Shown: in pieces, positions 33,031-41,695 of the stretch
Position numbering within the stretch: the first letter of the stretch is position 1
Layout: every line of letters begins with the position of its first letter
Origin: Tardiphaga sp.
GTDB lineage: Bacteria > Pseudomonadota > Alphaproteobacteria > Rhizobiales > Xanthobacteraceae
Direction: 5' to 3'
NCBI RefSeq assembly: GCF_044340795.1
Contig: NZ_JBIISY010000003.1
Span: 1,471-65,470 of the forward strand
Length of the DNA stretch: 64,000 nt
Notes under the pieces: model-generated
Databases searched by the model: none
What the model was told of the DNA's origin: nothing
What the model saw: the letters and a program-made list of their open reading frames with translations, nothing else
Made by a program: the position numbers and the translations under genes

Positions 33031-33972
33031 ATGACCCTGAACATCGCCGTCCAGATGGACCCCATCGCCCGCATCAATCACAAGGGCGATTCCACCTTCG
33101 CGATGCTGCTCGAAGCGCAGAAGCGCGGCCATCGGCTGTCCTATTACACCCCGGACAAGCTCTCGCTGCGCGGCAATGACGTGGTGGCGCCGGTGCAGCC
33201 GCTGGATGTTCGCGATATCGAGGGCGACTACTTCACATTGGGCGAGCCCGAGCGCGTCAATATGGAGAGCTTTGATGTGGTGCTGCTGCGGCAGGACCCG
33301 CCGTTCGATCTTGCCTACATCACCTCGACGCATCTGCTGGAGCGCATCCATCCGAAGACGCTGGTGGTGAACGATCCGGCCTCGGTGCGCAACGCGCCGG
33401 AAAAAATCTTCGTGATGGGCTTCAACGACCTGATGCCGCCAACGCTGATCTCGCGCGACAAGGACGAGATCAACGCCTTTCGCGCGGAGCATGGTGCGGT
33501 GGTGATGAAGCCGCTGCATGGCCATGGCGGCGCCGCCGTCTTCCGCGTGCTGCCGCAGGACATGAATTTCGGCTCACTCTACGATCTGTTCTCCGTGACC
33601 TTCAAGGAACAATGGGTGATCCAGCGCTTCCTTCCCGAGGTGAAGCATGGCGACAAGCGCATTATCCTGGTGGACGGCGAATTCGCCGGCGCCGTGAACC
33701 GCGTGCCCGCGGACGACGACCTGCGCTCCAACATGGTGCGGGGAGGGGCTGCGAAATCGACCGAGCTTTCGCCGCGCGAGCGCGAGATCTGCGAACGCGT
33801 CGGCCCGGAGCTGCGCAAGCGCGGATTGCTGTTTGTCGGCATCGACGTGATCGACGGCAATCTCACCGAGATCAATGTGACGTCACCCACGGGCATCCGC
33901 GCCATTTCTAAGCTTGGCGGGCCGGATGTGGCGGCGCGGATTTGGGATGTGATCGAGGCGAAGCGGAAGTAG
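33031..33972 (+). CDS. gshB: Glutathione synthetase
   Basis: [34 protein letters not shown]. Confidence 0.97.
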   Translation: MTLNIAVQMDPIARINHKGDSTFAMLLEAQKRGHRLSYYTPDKLSLRGNDVVAPVQPLDVRDIEGDYFTLGEPERVNMESFDVVLLRQDPPFDLAYITSTHLLERIHPKTLVVNDPASVRNAPEKIFVMGFNDLMPPTLISRDKDEINAFRAEHGAVVMKPLHGHGGAAVFRVLPQDMNFGSLYDLFSVTFKEQWVIQRFLPEVKHGDKRIILVDGEFAGAVNRVPADDDLRSNMVRGGAAKSTELSPREREICERVGPELRKRGLLFVGIDVIDGNLTEINVTSPTGIRAISKLGGPDVAARIWDVIEAKRK

Positions 33973-34147
33973 CCGGCGCTTCGTTGCGCTGCATTGCATC
34001 GCAACAGATTGAATAATTCTACGGCGCTTCTCTCACGTGCTTTCGCTTGCCAGTTCGTATCGGCAGGCGCAGCATGATGCTGCACGCTCACTCAATCGAG
34101 CGGCCCGCTGTTTGGCGGCTAACAAAAGCACAGTGTTGGAGGAACGC

Positions 34148-35140
34148 ATGACTTCAAACGTCTCGCGACGTTCGCTGCTCGCTCTCGGTGCCGGATTGGG
34201 CGCAGGGCTCGGCGCAAACCTCATCGCTCCCGGCCTGATCGGCAGTGCATCGGCGAAAGCGCCGAAGCTCGGCACACAGGCACCCTACTTCCATCGCTTT
34301 ACCTTTGGCGACGCTGAAGTCTCCGTGGTCTCCGATGGACCGCTACCGCTTGGCGATCCTTCCGGCACCTTTGTCGGCGTGCCCAAGGAAGACGTGCAAA
34401 AAATGCTGACGGACAATTTCCTGTCCCCCAGCAATGTCATCCTCGAACAGAACGTGCCGATCATCAACATGAACGACAAGCTCATCATGTTCGACACCGG
34501 CATGGGTACGTCGAAGCTGTTTGGTCCCACCACCGGCCGGTTGATGAAGAGCATCTCGGAGGCGGGCATCAAGCCCGAGCAGATCGATGCCATCGTCTGC
34601 TCGCATGCGCATATCGATCATATCGGCGGCATCGTCGGCGCCGACGACAAGCCTCTCTTCCCGAATGCGCAGGTCTATATCAGCGAGGAAGACTTCAAGT
34701 TCTGGACCGACGAAGGCAAGATGGGCTCGCCGCTGAAGGATTTCATCGTCCATGCGCGCAAGAACCTGATGCCGGTGAAGGATCGCCTGGTCTTCTTCAA
34801 GGACAATCAGGAATTCCTGCCCGGCGTGACCGCCATGCATGCGCCCGGCCACACCTTCGGCCACCACATGTTCATGATCACCTCGGCCGGGAAGTCGTTC
34901 GCCTTCCTCGGCGATCTCACGCATCATCAGGTGCTTCTGCTCGAGAAGCCACGGATGGAATTCTCCTACGATTCCGATCCGAAAATGGCAGCGGCTTCGC
35001 GGGTCAAGATGCTGGACATGCTGGCTGCGAACAAGACCGCTGTGATGTCCTATCACTTCGCCTGGCCGGGCTATGGTCATGTGGTGAAGGCTGGCGATGG
35101 CTTCCGCTATATCGCCGAGCCGATGATCATGAACCTGTAA
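34148..35140 (+). CDS. MBL-fold metallo-hydrolase with Tat signal
   Basis: SRRSLL; HAHIDHIGG; PGHTFGH; GDL; YHFAWPG. Confidence 0.9.
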   Translation: MTSNVSRRSLLALGAGLGAGLGANLIAPGLIGSASAKAPKLGTQAPYFHRFTFGDAEVSVVSDGPLPLGDPSGTFVGVPKEDVQKMLTDNFLSPSNVILEQNVPIINMNDKLIMFDTGMGTSKLFGPTTGRLMKSISEAGIKPEQIDAIVCSHAHIDHIGGIVGADDKPLFPNAQVYISEEDFKFWTDEGKMGSPLKDFIVHARKNLMPVKDRLVFFKDNQEFLPGVTAMHAPGHTFGHHMFMITSAGKSFAFLGDLTHHQVLLLEKPRMEFSYDSDPKMAAASRVKMLDMLAANKTAVMSYHFAWPGYGHVVKAGDGFRYIAEPMIMNL

Positions 35141-36242
35141 GCGCCCGGAACGCCGGCGACAGTCCTGCGGCAGAGGATGCCGCAGGATGCGCATCGCCCG
35201 ACCGATCCGTGCTCGCAAGCGAACCATTGGTCAATGCGGAGAGGCCGGCCTTATGGATGCGGAAGGTGTTGCGGCCAGCTTTCTTGGCCGCATAGAGCGC
35301 CGCATCTGCCATCACATTGAGCTGGACTGACGGCGTGTGACTGTCCGCGAGTGCGATGCCCACCGACGCGCCGATCTTCAGCTGATGGCCGCGATACTTC
35401 ATGGGATAGCCGAGCTGGGCGATGATCGCGCGGGCCGTATCGGACGCTTCCGCGAGCCTGGCGTCGGAGCCGAGCAGCACAGCAAATTCGTCGCCGCCAA
35501 TACGCGCGACCAGATCGGCATCGGCGCAGACATCGCGGATCCGCTCGGCGGCCTGTTTCAGGCATTCATCGCCGGCAGCGTGACCGAGACTGTCGTTGAC
35601 CGGCTTGAATTCATCGAGATCGATCAGCAACAGCGCGCCGAACGGCTTTGCTATCTGCGGTGACGAAAGATCGAGCGCCGAGAGCCTCGTCTGAAACTGG
35701 CTGCGATTGGCGAGACCGGTCAGAACGTCGAATTCGGCGAGATAGCGGGTGCGGTCGGAGAGAATCTTTTCTTCCGTGATGTCCTGCTTGATGCCGAAGA
35801 TGCGAACGGCCACGCCGTCAACGGATTCCACCGTGGCCGTGATCCTGATCCAGCGCCTGTTGCCCTTGAAGCTGATGATTTCCGCATCGAGCGTGAAGCC
35901 GGTGCAATCTTCGATCGCCTTGCTGCGCCGCTTGGTCAGCTCTCTGGCGGACTCTTCGGGATAACATCTGAAGGTGGCGCCGCGGTCCAGCGCGGAGCCC
36001 CGCGGCAGATCGAAAATGTCATAGACCACGTCGGTCCAGGTCAGCGCTTCACTCGGCAATTCACATTCCCACACGCCGATGCGTGCAGCCGCCGACGCGC
36101 GATCGAAAATCTTCTGGCTATGGGCGAGCCTGGTCGCCTGGTGTTCGAGTTCGGCCTGCTGTACGGCGACCTGCGCCCGCAAGGCGGCTATCAGTTCGGC
36201 GTCGTCGGAAACAACGGTTTGCCTGGATGGGCAATCTGACAT
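35127..36242 (-). CDS. Diguanylate cyclase (PAS-like plus GGDEF)
   Basis: DVLTGLANR, DLDEFKPVNDSLGHAAGD, ARIGGDEF. Confidence 0.92.
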   Translation of the reverse strand: MSDCPSRQTVVSDDAELIAALRAQVAVQQAELEHQATRLAHSQKIFDRASAAARIGVWECELPSEALTWTDVVYDIFDLPRGSALDRGATFRCYPEESARELTKRRSKAIEDCTGFTLDAEIISFKGNRRWIRITATVESVDGVAVRIFGIKQDITEEKILSDRTRYLAEFDVLTGLANRSQFQTRLSALDLSSPQIAKPFGALLLIDLDEFKPVNDSLGHAAGDECLKQAAERIRDVCADADLVARIGGDEFAVLLGSDARLAEASDTARAIIAQLGYPMKYRGHQLKIGASVGIALADSHTPSVQLNVMADAALYAAKKAGRNTFRIHKAGLSALTNGSLASTDRSGDAHPAASSAAGLSPAFRALTGS

Positions 36243-36419
36243 GCGGCGTGGGCCCGGACTTCGTCGTCACTCGATGATCGTCGTTCTTCGCATGGCCGAG
36301 TTTATGATTTGCTGCAAGCGGATCGATGTCGGTCGCGACGATCTGCACCATGCAGCGCTAACGTTCTTGTCGACATTAAAATACACTGCTACCTTTGATT
36401 GAATGTCAGAGGTTGCCTG

Positions 36420-36521
36420 ATGCAGCATGTCGCGACGGTCGCATTCGAGGGGATCGAGGCCCGCGCGGTGGACGTGCAGGTGCAGGTCGTGCCGGGCCTT
36501 CCGAATTTCATAATAAGGTAG
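36420..36521 (+). pseudogene. comM: 5' fragment of comM/yifB (Mg-chelatase-like AAA+ ATPase), interrupted by an insertion
   Basis: MQHVATVAFEGIEARAVDVQVQVVPGLPNF matches the YifB/ComM N-terminus; it then reads ATA ATA AGG TAG where the family continues with IVGLPD. Confidence 0.85.
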
Positions 36522-36538
36522 ACAATTAACCCCGCTTC

Positions 36539-36829
36539 TCAGAGTTCCGTTTTGCGATTTTGACCTTCGGCGATGCTGCGATGAAGCAGTTCTTCGTTGA
36601 ATGCGAGCTGGTGGTGGCTCAGGGCCTCTTTGAACGCTTCTGCAAAAGCAGGGAAATCGACCCAAGAGTTTTCGGCGACGTGAAGCGGCCACTCGTACAA
36701 CCAGCCGTCGGAGACAACGCGCTTCCGCAGCAGCTCCGCTGCCGGAATATAGACCGTCGGGACGTCTGATTTGGCCTCGAGCCCACTGTGCGTCACCCGC
36801 CATTGCTGATTCTCAAAAAGTTGCGCCAT
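36539..36829 (-). CDS. Hypothetical protein, 96 aa
   Basis: GGAG RBS; YEWPLHVAENSWVDFPAFAEAF segment looks globular; divergent from rep. Confidence 0.7.
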   Translation of the reverse strand: MAQLFENQQWRVTHSGLEAKSDVPTVYIPAAELLRKRVVSDGWLYEWPLHVAENSWVDFPAFAEAFKEALSHHQLAFNEELLHRSIAEGQNRKTEL

Positions 36830-36934
36830 TTGCTCTCCACTCTGGTTTCGCCGCGCCCCCAGTCCGGGGATAACAGGGTCAGATTTTCTGGGATTCTATA
36901 AAAATCGGGGCGCTATCCCCACTGCGAGTCTTGC

Positions 36935-39928
36935 GTGCCACAGCCGAGTGTTCTCGACCAAAAATTGCGTCTATCGGTGAATCGTGCCCTCATCAACAAG
37001 AACGAGGCCGGCAACGAGAGCCTGTTCAAGCAGGGCTGGGAGAACGTCGAGCTGACGCCCCGGGAGCTCGCCGACGAAGTCGATCAGGGCCATGCCTATG
37101 CCTGCCAGCTCTCGGGAACCCGCAGCGCTGCAAATTTCGTTAGGTCAGACATCCTGTCCGTGGACATCGACCAGGATCTTTCGATCTCCGAAGCGAAGAA
37201 GCTGCCCTTCGCCCAGCAACACCTGACGATCCTCTACACCACACCAAGCCACAGCGAGAGTCGCCACCGCTTTCGCCTCATCTTTGCGCTGCCGAGGTCC
37301 ATTGAGACACCGCAAGAGATGCGGGCCGCGCTGCGGAGCCTTGCTCTCCGCTTTGGCGGCGATCGATCGGCAACCGATCCGGCCCGCCTGTTCTATGGCT
37401 CCCGAGGCTCCAATCCGCAGGTCTTTGAAAGAGCGATCACTGCCGACGTCCTCGATGAGCTTATCGCGCAGGGACTGGAAGCTGATCAACGCGAAAGCCC
37501 CAAGAGCGGACGGACCACCACCGTTTCGAAGCAGCGGATCTCCCCCGATCGAATCATCACCCTTGAGGACGGGCGGACACAGCTGTTCCGCGAACTGGAG
37601 CCGAAGACGCGCATCTGCTGCCCGTTTCACTACGATCGAAACGCCAGCGCGTTCGTCACCACCTCGCAGGCCGGTGTGAACGGAATCCATTGCATGACGT
37701 GCCGACAATCGTTCTGGCCGCCCTCTGCGACACAGTTTGACGACTTCTCCGACTTTGATGAACGAGTGAAGGAAGCCGAACACTACTTCGCTGGCAATGT
37801 GGATATTGGACCGTTCCAGAAACTCCTGACTGGTGTGATCCATCATCCCGGCTTGGCCCACTCACGCATCTATCGCACCGAAGGCCAATTCCTGAAACTA
37901 CCGGAAAAGCTTCCCGAAGGCCTTGTCTTCATCAAAAGCCCCAAAGGCACCGGAAAGACCGCTGAGCTTGCGCGCGCTATGCAGCAGAGAACAGCCGCAA
38001 AGGAAGCTTCGAGTCACGATCTGCTCGACTTGCTCGATGACGGGCCTGACACCCCCGACTCGCGGCTCCGCACACACCGTGGGTCGACACTGCTGATTGG
38101 ACACCGGATAGCGCTTATCAGGCAGACCTGCAGTCGACTTGGGCTCGAGTGCTATCTCGACTTCGAAGGCCCCCTGACGAGCAAAGCGCTCGGTGTTTGC
38201 CTCGACAGCCTCGAGCGACTTACCTGGACTGAGCAGGTCAGCACTTACAAGTCTGAGTCACGCGAGAATTTGTTTGAGACGGTCGTAATTGACGAGTCGG
38301 AGCAGGTTCTCTCTCATTTTTTGTCTCCGCTCATCGATAACAGTTCGCGCAACGCGATCTTCATGATCTTCTGTCGGCTTCTCCGTCGAGCAAAGCGCAT
38401 TATCACGCTTGATGCTGACCTTGGCTGGCTCACGTTCGAAACGATCACCAAGCTCGCGCAACGGATGGACGATAGCACGAGAAAGCCAAGTTCACTGTAT
38501 CTCAATGAACGCAAGATCGGTTCAAAGCTGCAGGTCTTCGCGTCAAAGGATCACCTGATTGGTGACCTCAAGCAGATGGTCAACGACGGTAAACGCGTGT
38601 TCGTCACATCGAACTCAATGGGACAGATCGACCGGTTGCATCAGGGCCTAATGGAGCAAGCAACCGACGAACTCCGATGCATTCGCATCACCTCGGAGAC
38701 CGTCAAGGCCGATGAGGCGAAAGCTTTCGTCGCTGATCCCCCAGCAGAGGCCTTGAAATACGATGTGATCCTGACGTCGCCTTCACTCGGCACTGGCGTT
38801 GACATTACCTTTCCAGAGCAGGCCGAGCTGATCGATGTTGTGTACGGGATCTTCGAGACGGGCATCACGACACACTTTGACATGGATCAGCAGCTCTGGC
38901 GGGTTCGTCACCCCGGCGAAGTGAAGGTTTGGATCAGTCCGAGAACAGCGTCGTTCGATACGTCTGCGGATGTTGTGCGACGCGAGATCCAGCAGAAGCA
39001 GCTCTTCAAAAGTGTTCTCAGCGATTACGACGATAACCTAAGGCCAGAATATCACACCAACGACGAGTTTATCGATATGGCGGTGCTGGCAACCTCCCAG
39101 CAGCGCATGTCGAAGAACAACCTTAAGCGCAACTTCCTCGCGATGAAACGGCAGCACGGACATGCGATCGAGTTCATCGACCGTGACCAGACCGCGGCAG
39201 GATATGGTCGTGATCTGAACGAGATCGGCAAGCGTCTTGCCGACCGGCAGTATCGGGAAAAACTCAAGGCGGCTCTGAGGCTAACAGAGGAACAAGCGAC
39301 GGAGATAGACGAACGGATCAAGGCTCGCGATGACGTCACAGAGAGTGAGCACGCGGCATATGACAGATATCGAATGGAGCGCTTCTACCGCGAGCCGATC
39401 ACCGACAAGATGATCGACGACGATAATCGAGGGCGCCTCCGTCAACAGGTGATGCGGTTCGAGCAGCTATCAGACCACCAGAGCTTGCGTGACGCACGAA
39501 TTCTTGACCAGGGTAGCGAGTATGCGCTTAAGCTCCGATTTGTCACGGACTGGCGATCTTCCGGCGCATTGCTGGCTGAGCTGCTCACGCTTGCCGGCGT
39601 CTATGCCGACGGCAGATTCCTGGCCAATGTCGCTTACGACCGGCTGTCGCTAGTCTCGATGATGCGGCGCGCGATTAAGCTGAAACCGATCATTGAGGGC
39701 CAACTAGGCGTCGAGGTGCGGATGGACGACAGCAGGGGGTGTGATCAGCTCCGCGAGCTCCTGAAGCTGGTCGGGTTGGACCAGCTAGCTGCCGGCAAAA
39801 CCAAGGCTAAAGCAGTCGCGGGAGGCAAGACGATATATCGCTATCAGCTGGACGAAATCGCGCTGAACAGAATGCAGGCGATCGCTGATCACAGAGCATC
39901 ACAAAGCGCCCGTTCGATGATGCGCTAA
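36935..39928 (+). CDS. Replication protein: AEP-like primase + Zn ribbon + SF2 (UL9/CyRepA1-like) helicase
   Basis: SVDID, YTTPSH...RFRLIF, DPARLFYG; CPFH...CMTC; KSPKGTGKT, VIDESEQ, LDADL, SPSLGTGVDI, QQLWRVR. Confidence 0.8.
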   Translation: MPQPSVLDQKLRLSVNRALINKNEAGNESLFKQGWENVELTPRELADEVDQGHAYACQLSGTRSAANFVRSDILSVDIDQDLSISEAKKLPFAQQHLTILYTTPSHSESRHRFRLIFALPRSIETPQEMRAALRSLALRFGGDRSATDPARLFYGSRGSNPQVFERAITADVLDELIAQGLEADQRESPKSGRTTTVSKQRISPDRIITLEDGRTQLFRELEPKTRICCPFHYDRNASAFVTTSQAGVNGIHCMTCRQSFWPPSATQFDDFSDFDERVKEAEHYFAGNVDIGPFQKLLTGVIHHPGLAHSRIYRTEGQFLKLPEKLPEGLVFIKSPKGTGKTAELARAMQQRTAAKEASSHDLLDLLDDGPDTPDSRLRTHRGSTLLIGHRIALIRQTCSRLGLECYLDFEGPLTSKALGVCLDSLERLTWTEQVSTYKSESRENLFETVVIDESEQVLSHFLSPLIDNSSRNAIFMIFCRLLRRAKRIITLDADLGWLTFETITKLAQRMDDSTRKPSSLYLNERKIGSKLQVFASKDHLIGDLKQMVNDGKRVFVTSNSMGQIDRLHQGLMEQATDELRCIRITSETVKADEAKAFVADPPAEALKYDVILTSPSLGTGVDITFPEQAELIDVVYGIFETGITTHFDMDQQLWRVRHPGEVKVWISPRTASFDTSADVVRREIQQKQLFKSVLSDYDDNLRPEYHTNDEFIDMAVLATSQQRMSKNNLKRNFLAMKRQHGHAIEFIDRDQTAAGYGRDLNEIGKRLADRQYREKLKAALRLTEEQATEIDERIKARDDVTESEHAAYDRYRMERFYREPITDKMIDDDNRGRLRQQVMRFEQLSDHQSLRDARILDQGSEYALKLRFVTDWRSSGALLAELLTLAGVYADGRFLANVAYDRLSLVSMMRRAIKLKPIIEGQLGVEVRMDDSRGCDQLRELLKLVGLDQLAAGKTKAKAVAGGKTIYRYQLDEIALNRMQAIADHRASQSARSMMR

Positions 39929-39940
39929 GATCACAAATAA

Positions 39941-39968
39941 GAAGAGCGCGGTCAGAACCGCGCTCTTC
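39941..39968. terminator. Hairpin between convergent rep and paralogue A
   Basis: GAAGAGCGCGGT-CAGA-ACCGCGCTCTTC. Confidence 0.75.
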
Positions 39969-39992
39969 TGCCTCGTGAGATCCCCTGTCGCC

Positions 39993-40517
39993 CTACCCGT
40001 TGTTACCGGTCAAACGACGCACCGGGCCTCCAATGTTGCGCTGAAACGCGGGATGCTTATGGAGGAAGACAATCATGGTTGCGACGAATGTGCCGCACAA
40101 CGTCGCTGCCGGATCTCGCGTACAATGGTCGAATTGGCGGATGGAGGCGAGCAATGCCTCTTCGAGGTCGTTGTCCAACATGGAAACGCCAAAGAGCCGC
40201 TTACAGGCCTCCACATCTTCAAAACCGTCCACCAGATCATCGAACGTAACGCGGCTTACAGCGCCCGGGTAGTCCAGCGCCTCCGTGGAGTGACGATCTT
40301 CGCGCGTGTGGTAGTCCAAAGGCATGCTCGTGTGTTGCGGCGTGTCGTCATCCCCGTCGTGCAGATCGTAATAGTCTGCCTCCCCTTGCATCCATGCGGG
40401 CTGCGCTTTGGGGAAAGGAATGATTTGCGCACTCTCGCGATTTGGCGTCTGTGCGCGCCCGTCCTCATCCTCCGCTGAGCCGGCATGGTCCGGCACCTCA
40501 AACGTCGTGTTCTTCAT
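39993..40517 (-). CDS. Paralogue A of an unrecognised acidic family, 174 aa
   Basis: Shares LFGVxxLDxD...FLxxHP C-terminal domain with B and C; CAGGA RBS. Confidence 0.75.
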   Translation of the reverse strand: MKNTTFEVPDHAGSAEDEDGRAQTPNRESAQIIPFPKAQPAWMQGEADYYDLHDGDDDTPQHTSMPLDYHTREDRHSTEALDYPGAVSRVTFDDLVDGFEDVEACKRLFGVSMLDNDLEEALLASIRQFDHCTRDPAATLCGTFVATMIVFLHKHPAFQRNIGGPVRRLTGNNG

Positions 40518-40588
40518 ATTGATCGTTCCTGCATTATCTTTCGCCAGCCATTCTGGCTGGACTGATATCGCCGCCTGTCGCTCGCACT

Positions 40589-40602
40589 AATACGGAAACC
40601 TA
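40589..40602 (-). promoter_or_regulatory. Conserved upstream repeat, copy 1 (TAGGTTTCCGTATT)
   Basis: 72 bp upstream of the A start; identical to the copy at 41682. Confidence 0.75.
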
Positions 40603-40621
40603 AATGTGCGAATGGCGAAAT

Positions 40622-40648
40622 AAAAAAAGCCACCGCACTAGCGGTGGC
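40622..40648 (-). terminator. Intrinsic terminator after paralogue B
   Basis: Minus strand GCCACCGC-TAGT-GCGGTGGC then TTTTTT. Confidence 0.8.
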
Positions 40649-40668
40649 CTCTTGAAGCAGTGCATCGC

Positions 40669-41073
40669 TTACCCGATTGCGACGATTTTTTTGTCCGTTC
40701 CGCTCTTGTCGAAAAAGGCGGCATGTGCTGGATGGGACCGCAAGAAGAGCGCCATTGCGAGGAATGTCCGGTCAAGGTCAGGACTCTCCCGGTACTCTCC
40801 ATCCGGAACGGACGCCTCGACAGATGCCTTCAAAGCTTCAAACGTGACGTCATCAATGGATCTCATGAAAAACAGATTGGCCATCGAAGACGATTTGCGC
40901 ATCGCTTGGTGAACAATCTCGCTCAGATTTTGCGCTTGAAAGTCAGCGTAGTCGTGGTCGTATTGCAACGACTTCACAATACCTTCGTCTTGGAGATCTT
41001 CGAAAGCCTCCATTTCTGCGTTACAGATCATGCTCATTGTCGAATCGACAATTATGCGGGTCTTGGACTTCAT
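40669..41073 (-). CDS. Paralogue B, 134 aa
   Basis: Aligns without gaps to C over 115 aa (36 identities by hand); CAGGAG RBS. Confidence 0.85.
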   Translation of the reverse strand: MKSKTRIIVDSTMSMICNAEMEAFEDLQDEGIVKSLQYDHDYADFQAQNLSEIVHQAMRKSSSMANLFFMRSIDDVTFEALKASVEASVPDGEYRESPDLDRTFLAMALFLRSHPAHAAFFDKSGTDKKIVAIG

Positions 41074-41147
41074 TGTAATGCTCCTGTTGTCATCGCGGTC
41101 ACGGCGACCGTCGACTGTTAACGGGATACGGGGACCCTACTCGCGGT

Positions 41148-41161
41148 AATACCGAAACTTG
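41148..41161 (-). promoter_or_regulatory. Conserved upstream repeat, copy 2 (CAAGTTTCGGTATT)
   Basis: 75 bp upstream of the B start. Confidence 0.7.
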
Positions 41162-41183
41162 ATTTCGCGAATCGGAAAGCATG

Positions 41184-41215
41184 AAAAAGGCTACCGCTGT
41201 GAAGCGGTAGCCTTT
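41184..41215 (-). terminator. Intrinsic terminator after paralogue C
   Basis: AAAGGCTACCGCT-4 nt-AGCGGTAGCCTTT with a U-tract on the minus strand. Confidence 0.8.
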
Positions 41216-41245
41216 CGGTTTTCTTCAATGACTTGCCCAGCTGAC

Positions 41246-41608
41246 CTATGTTGAACTGTATGACGGATGGTGAGCAATGAAGGCACCGATGGCCTTGAAC
41301 GCTCGATCCAGCTCTGCGATCTCGGTGTGCGGGAGATCGCGAGTGACGCCGTTGATAGCGATCTTTGCTGAGGCGAATGTATCATGGTCGATGTAATCGA
41401 CACCCAACATCTTCGCCATTACGGTTCTTTTGCGGAGGGCGATGTGAGCCTGTTCGAGAAACTCTCGAGTTCTCAGGTCTTCGCTCTCATGGTCGTAGTC
41501 CAGCTCGTCTTTGACCTCCGAGCCACGTAACTCTTCATACTCCTCTTCGCATTGATAGCGAATTCGGTTCAGAACGTGGTCGATGCGAATTTGTTTAATC
41601 GACTTCAA
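41246..41608 (-). CDS. Paralogue C, 120 aa, TTG start
   Basis: GGAG RBS then TTG AAG TCG gives MKSIKQIRID, matching B's MKSKTRIIVD; ends FIAHHPSYSST. Confidence 0.85.
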   Translation of the reverse strand: MKSIKQIRIDHVLNRIRYQCEEEYEELRGSEVKDELDYDHESEDLRTREFLEQAHIALRKRTVMAKMLGVDYIDHDTFASAKIAINGVTRDLPHTEIAELDRAFKAIGAFIAHHPSYSST

Positions 41609-41681
41609 GGTGCGTGCTCCAAAATGCCGACCAGGCACCACGCCTGGTCGTCCATTGGGATACGCTGGTGCGCTGCGCATC

Positions 41682-41695
41682 AATACGGAAACCTA
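41682..41695 (-). promoter_or_regulatory. Conserved upstream repeat, copy 3 (TAGGTTTCCGTATT)
   Basis: 74 bp upstream of the C start; its TAG is the stop codon of the upstream gene. Confidence 0.75.

Noticed and set aside
36500-36530. attL sequence as a dif/Xer site (TTTCATAAT)
   Set aside because: Only a partial resemblance to one arm; no XerC/XerD arm pair around a 6-bp spacer.
40589-41695. The 14-bp repeats as a CRISPR array or integron attC sites
   Set aside because: Spacing is over 500 bp with whole genes between; no cas genes; no GTTRRRY/RYYYAAC pair or attC hairpin; no integron integrase insert seen.
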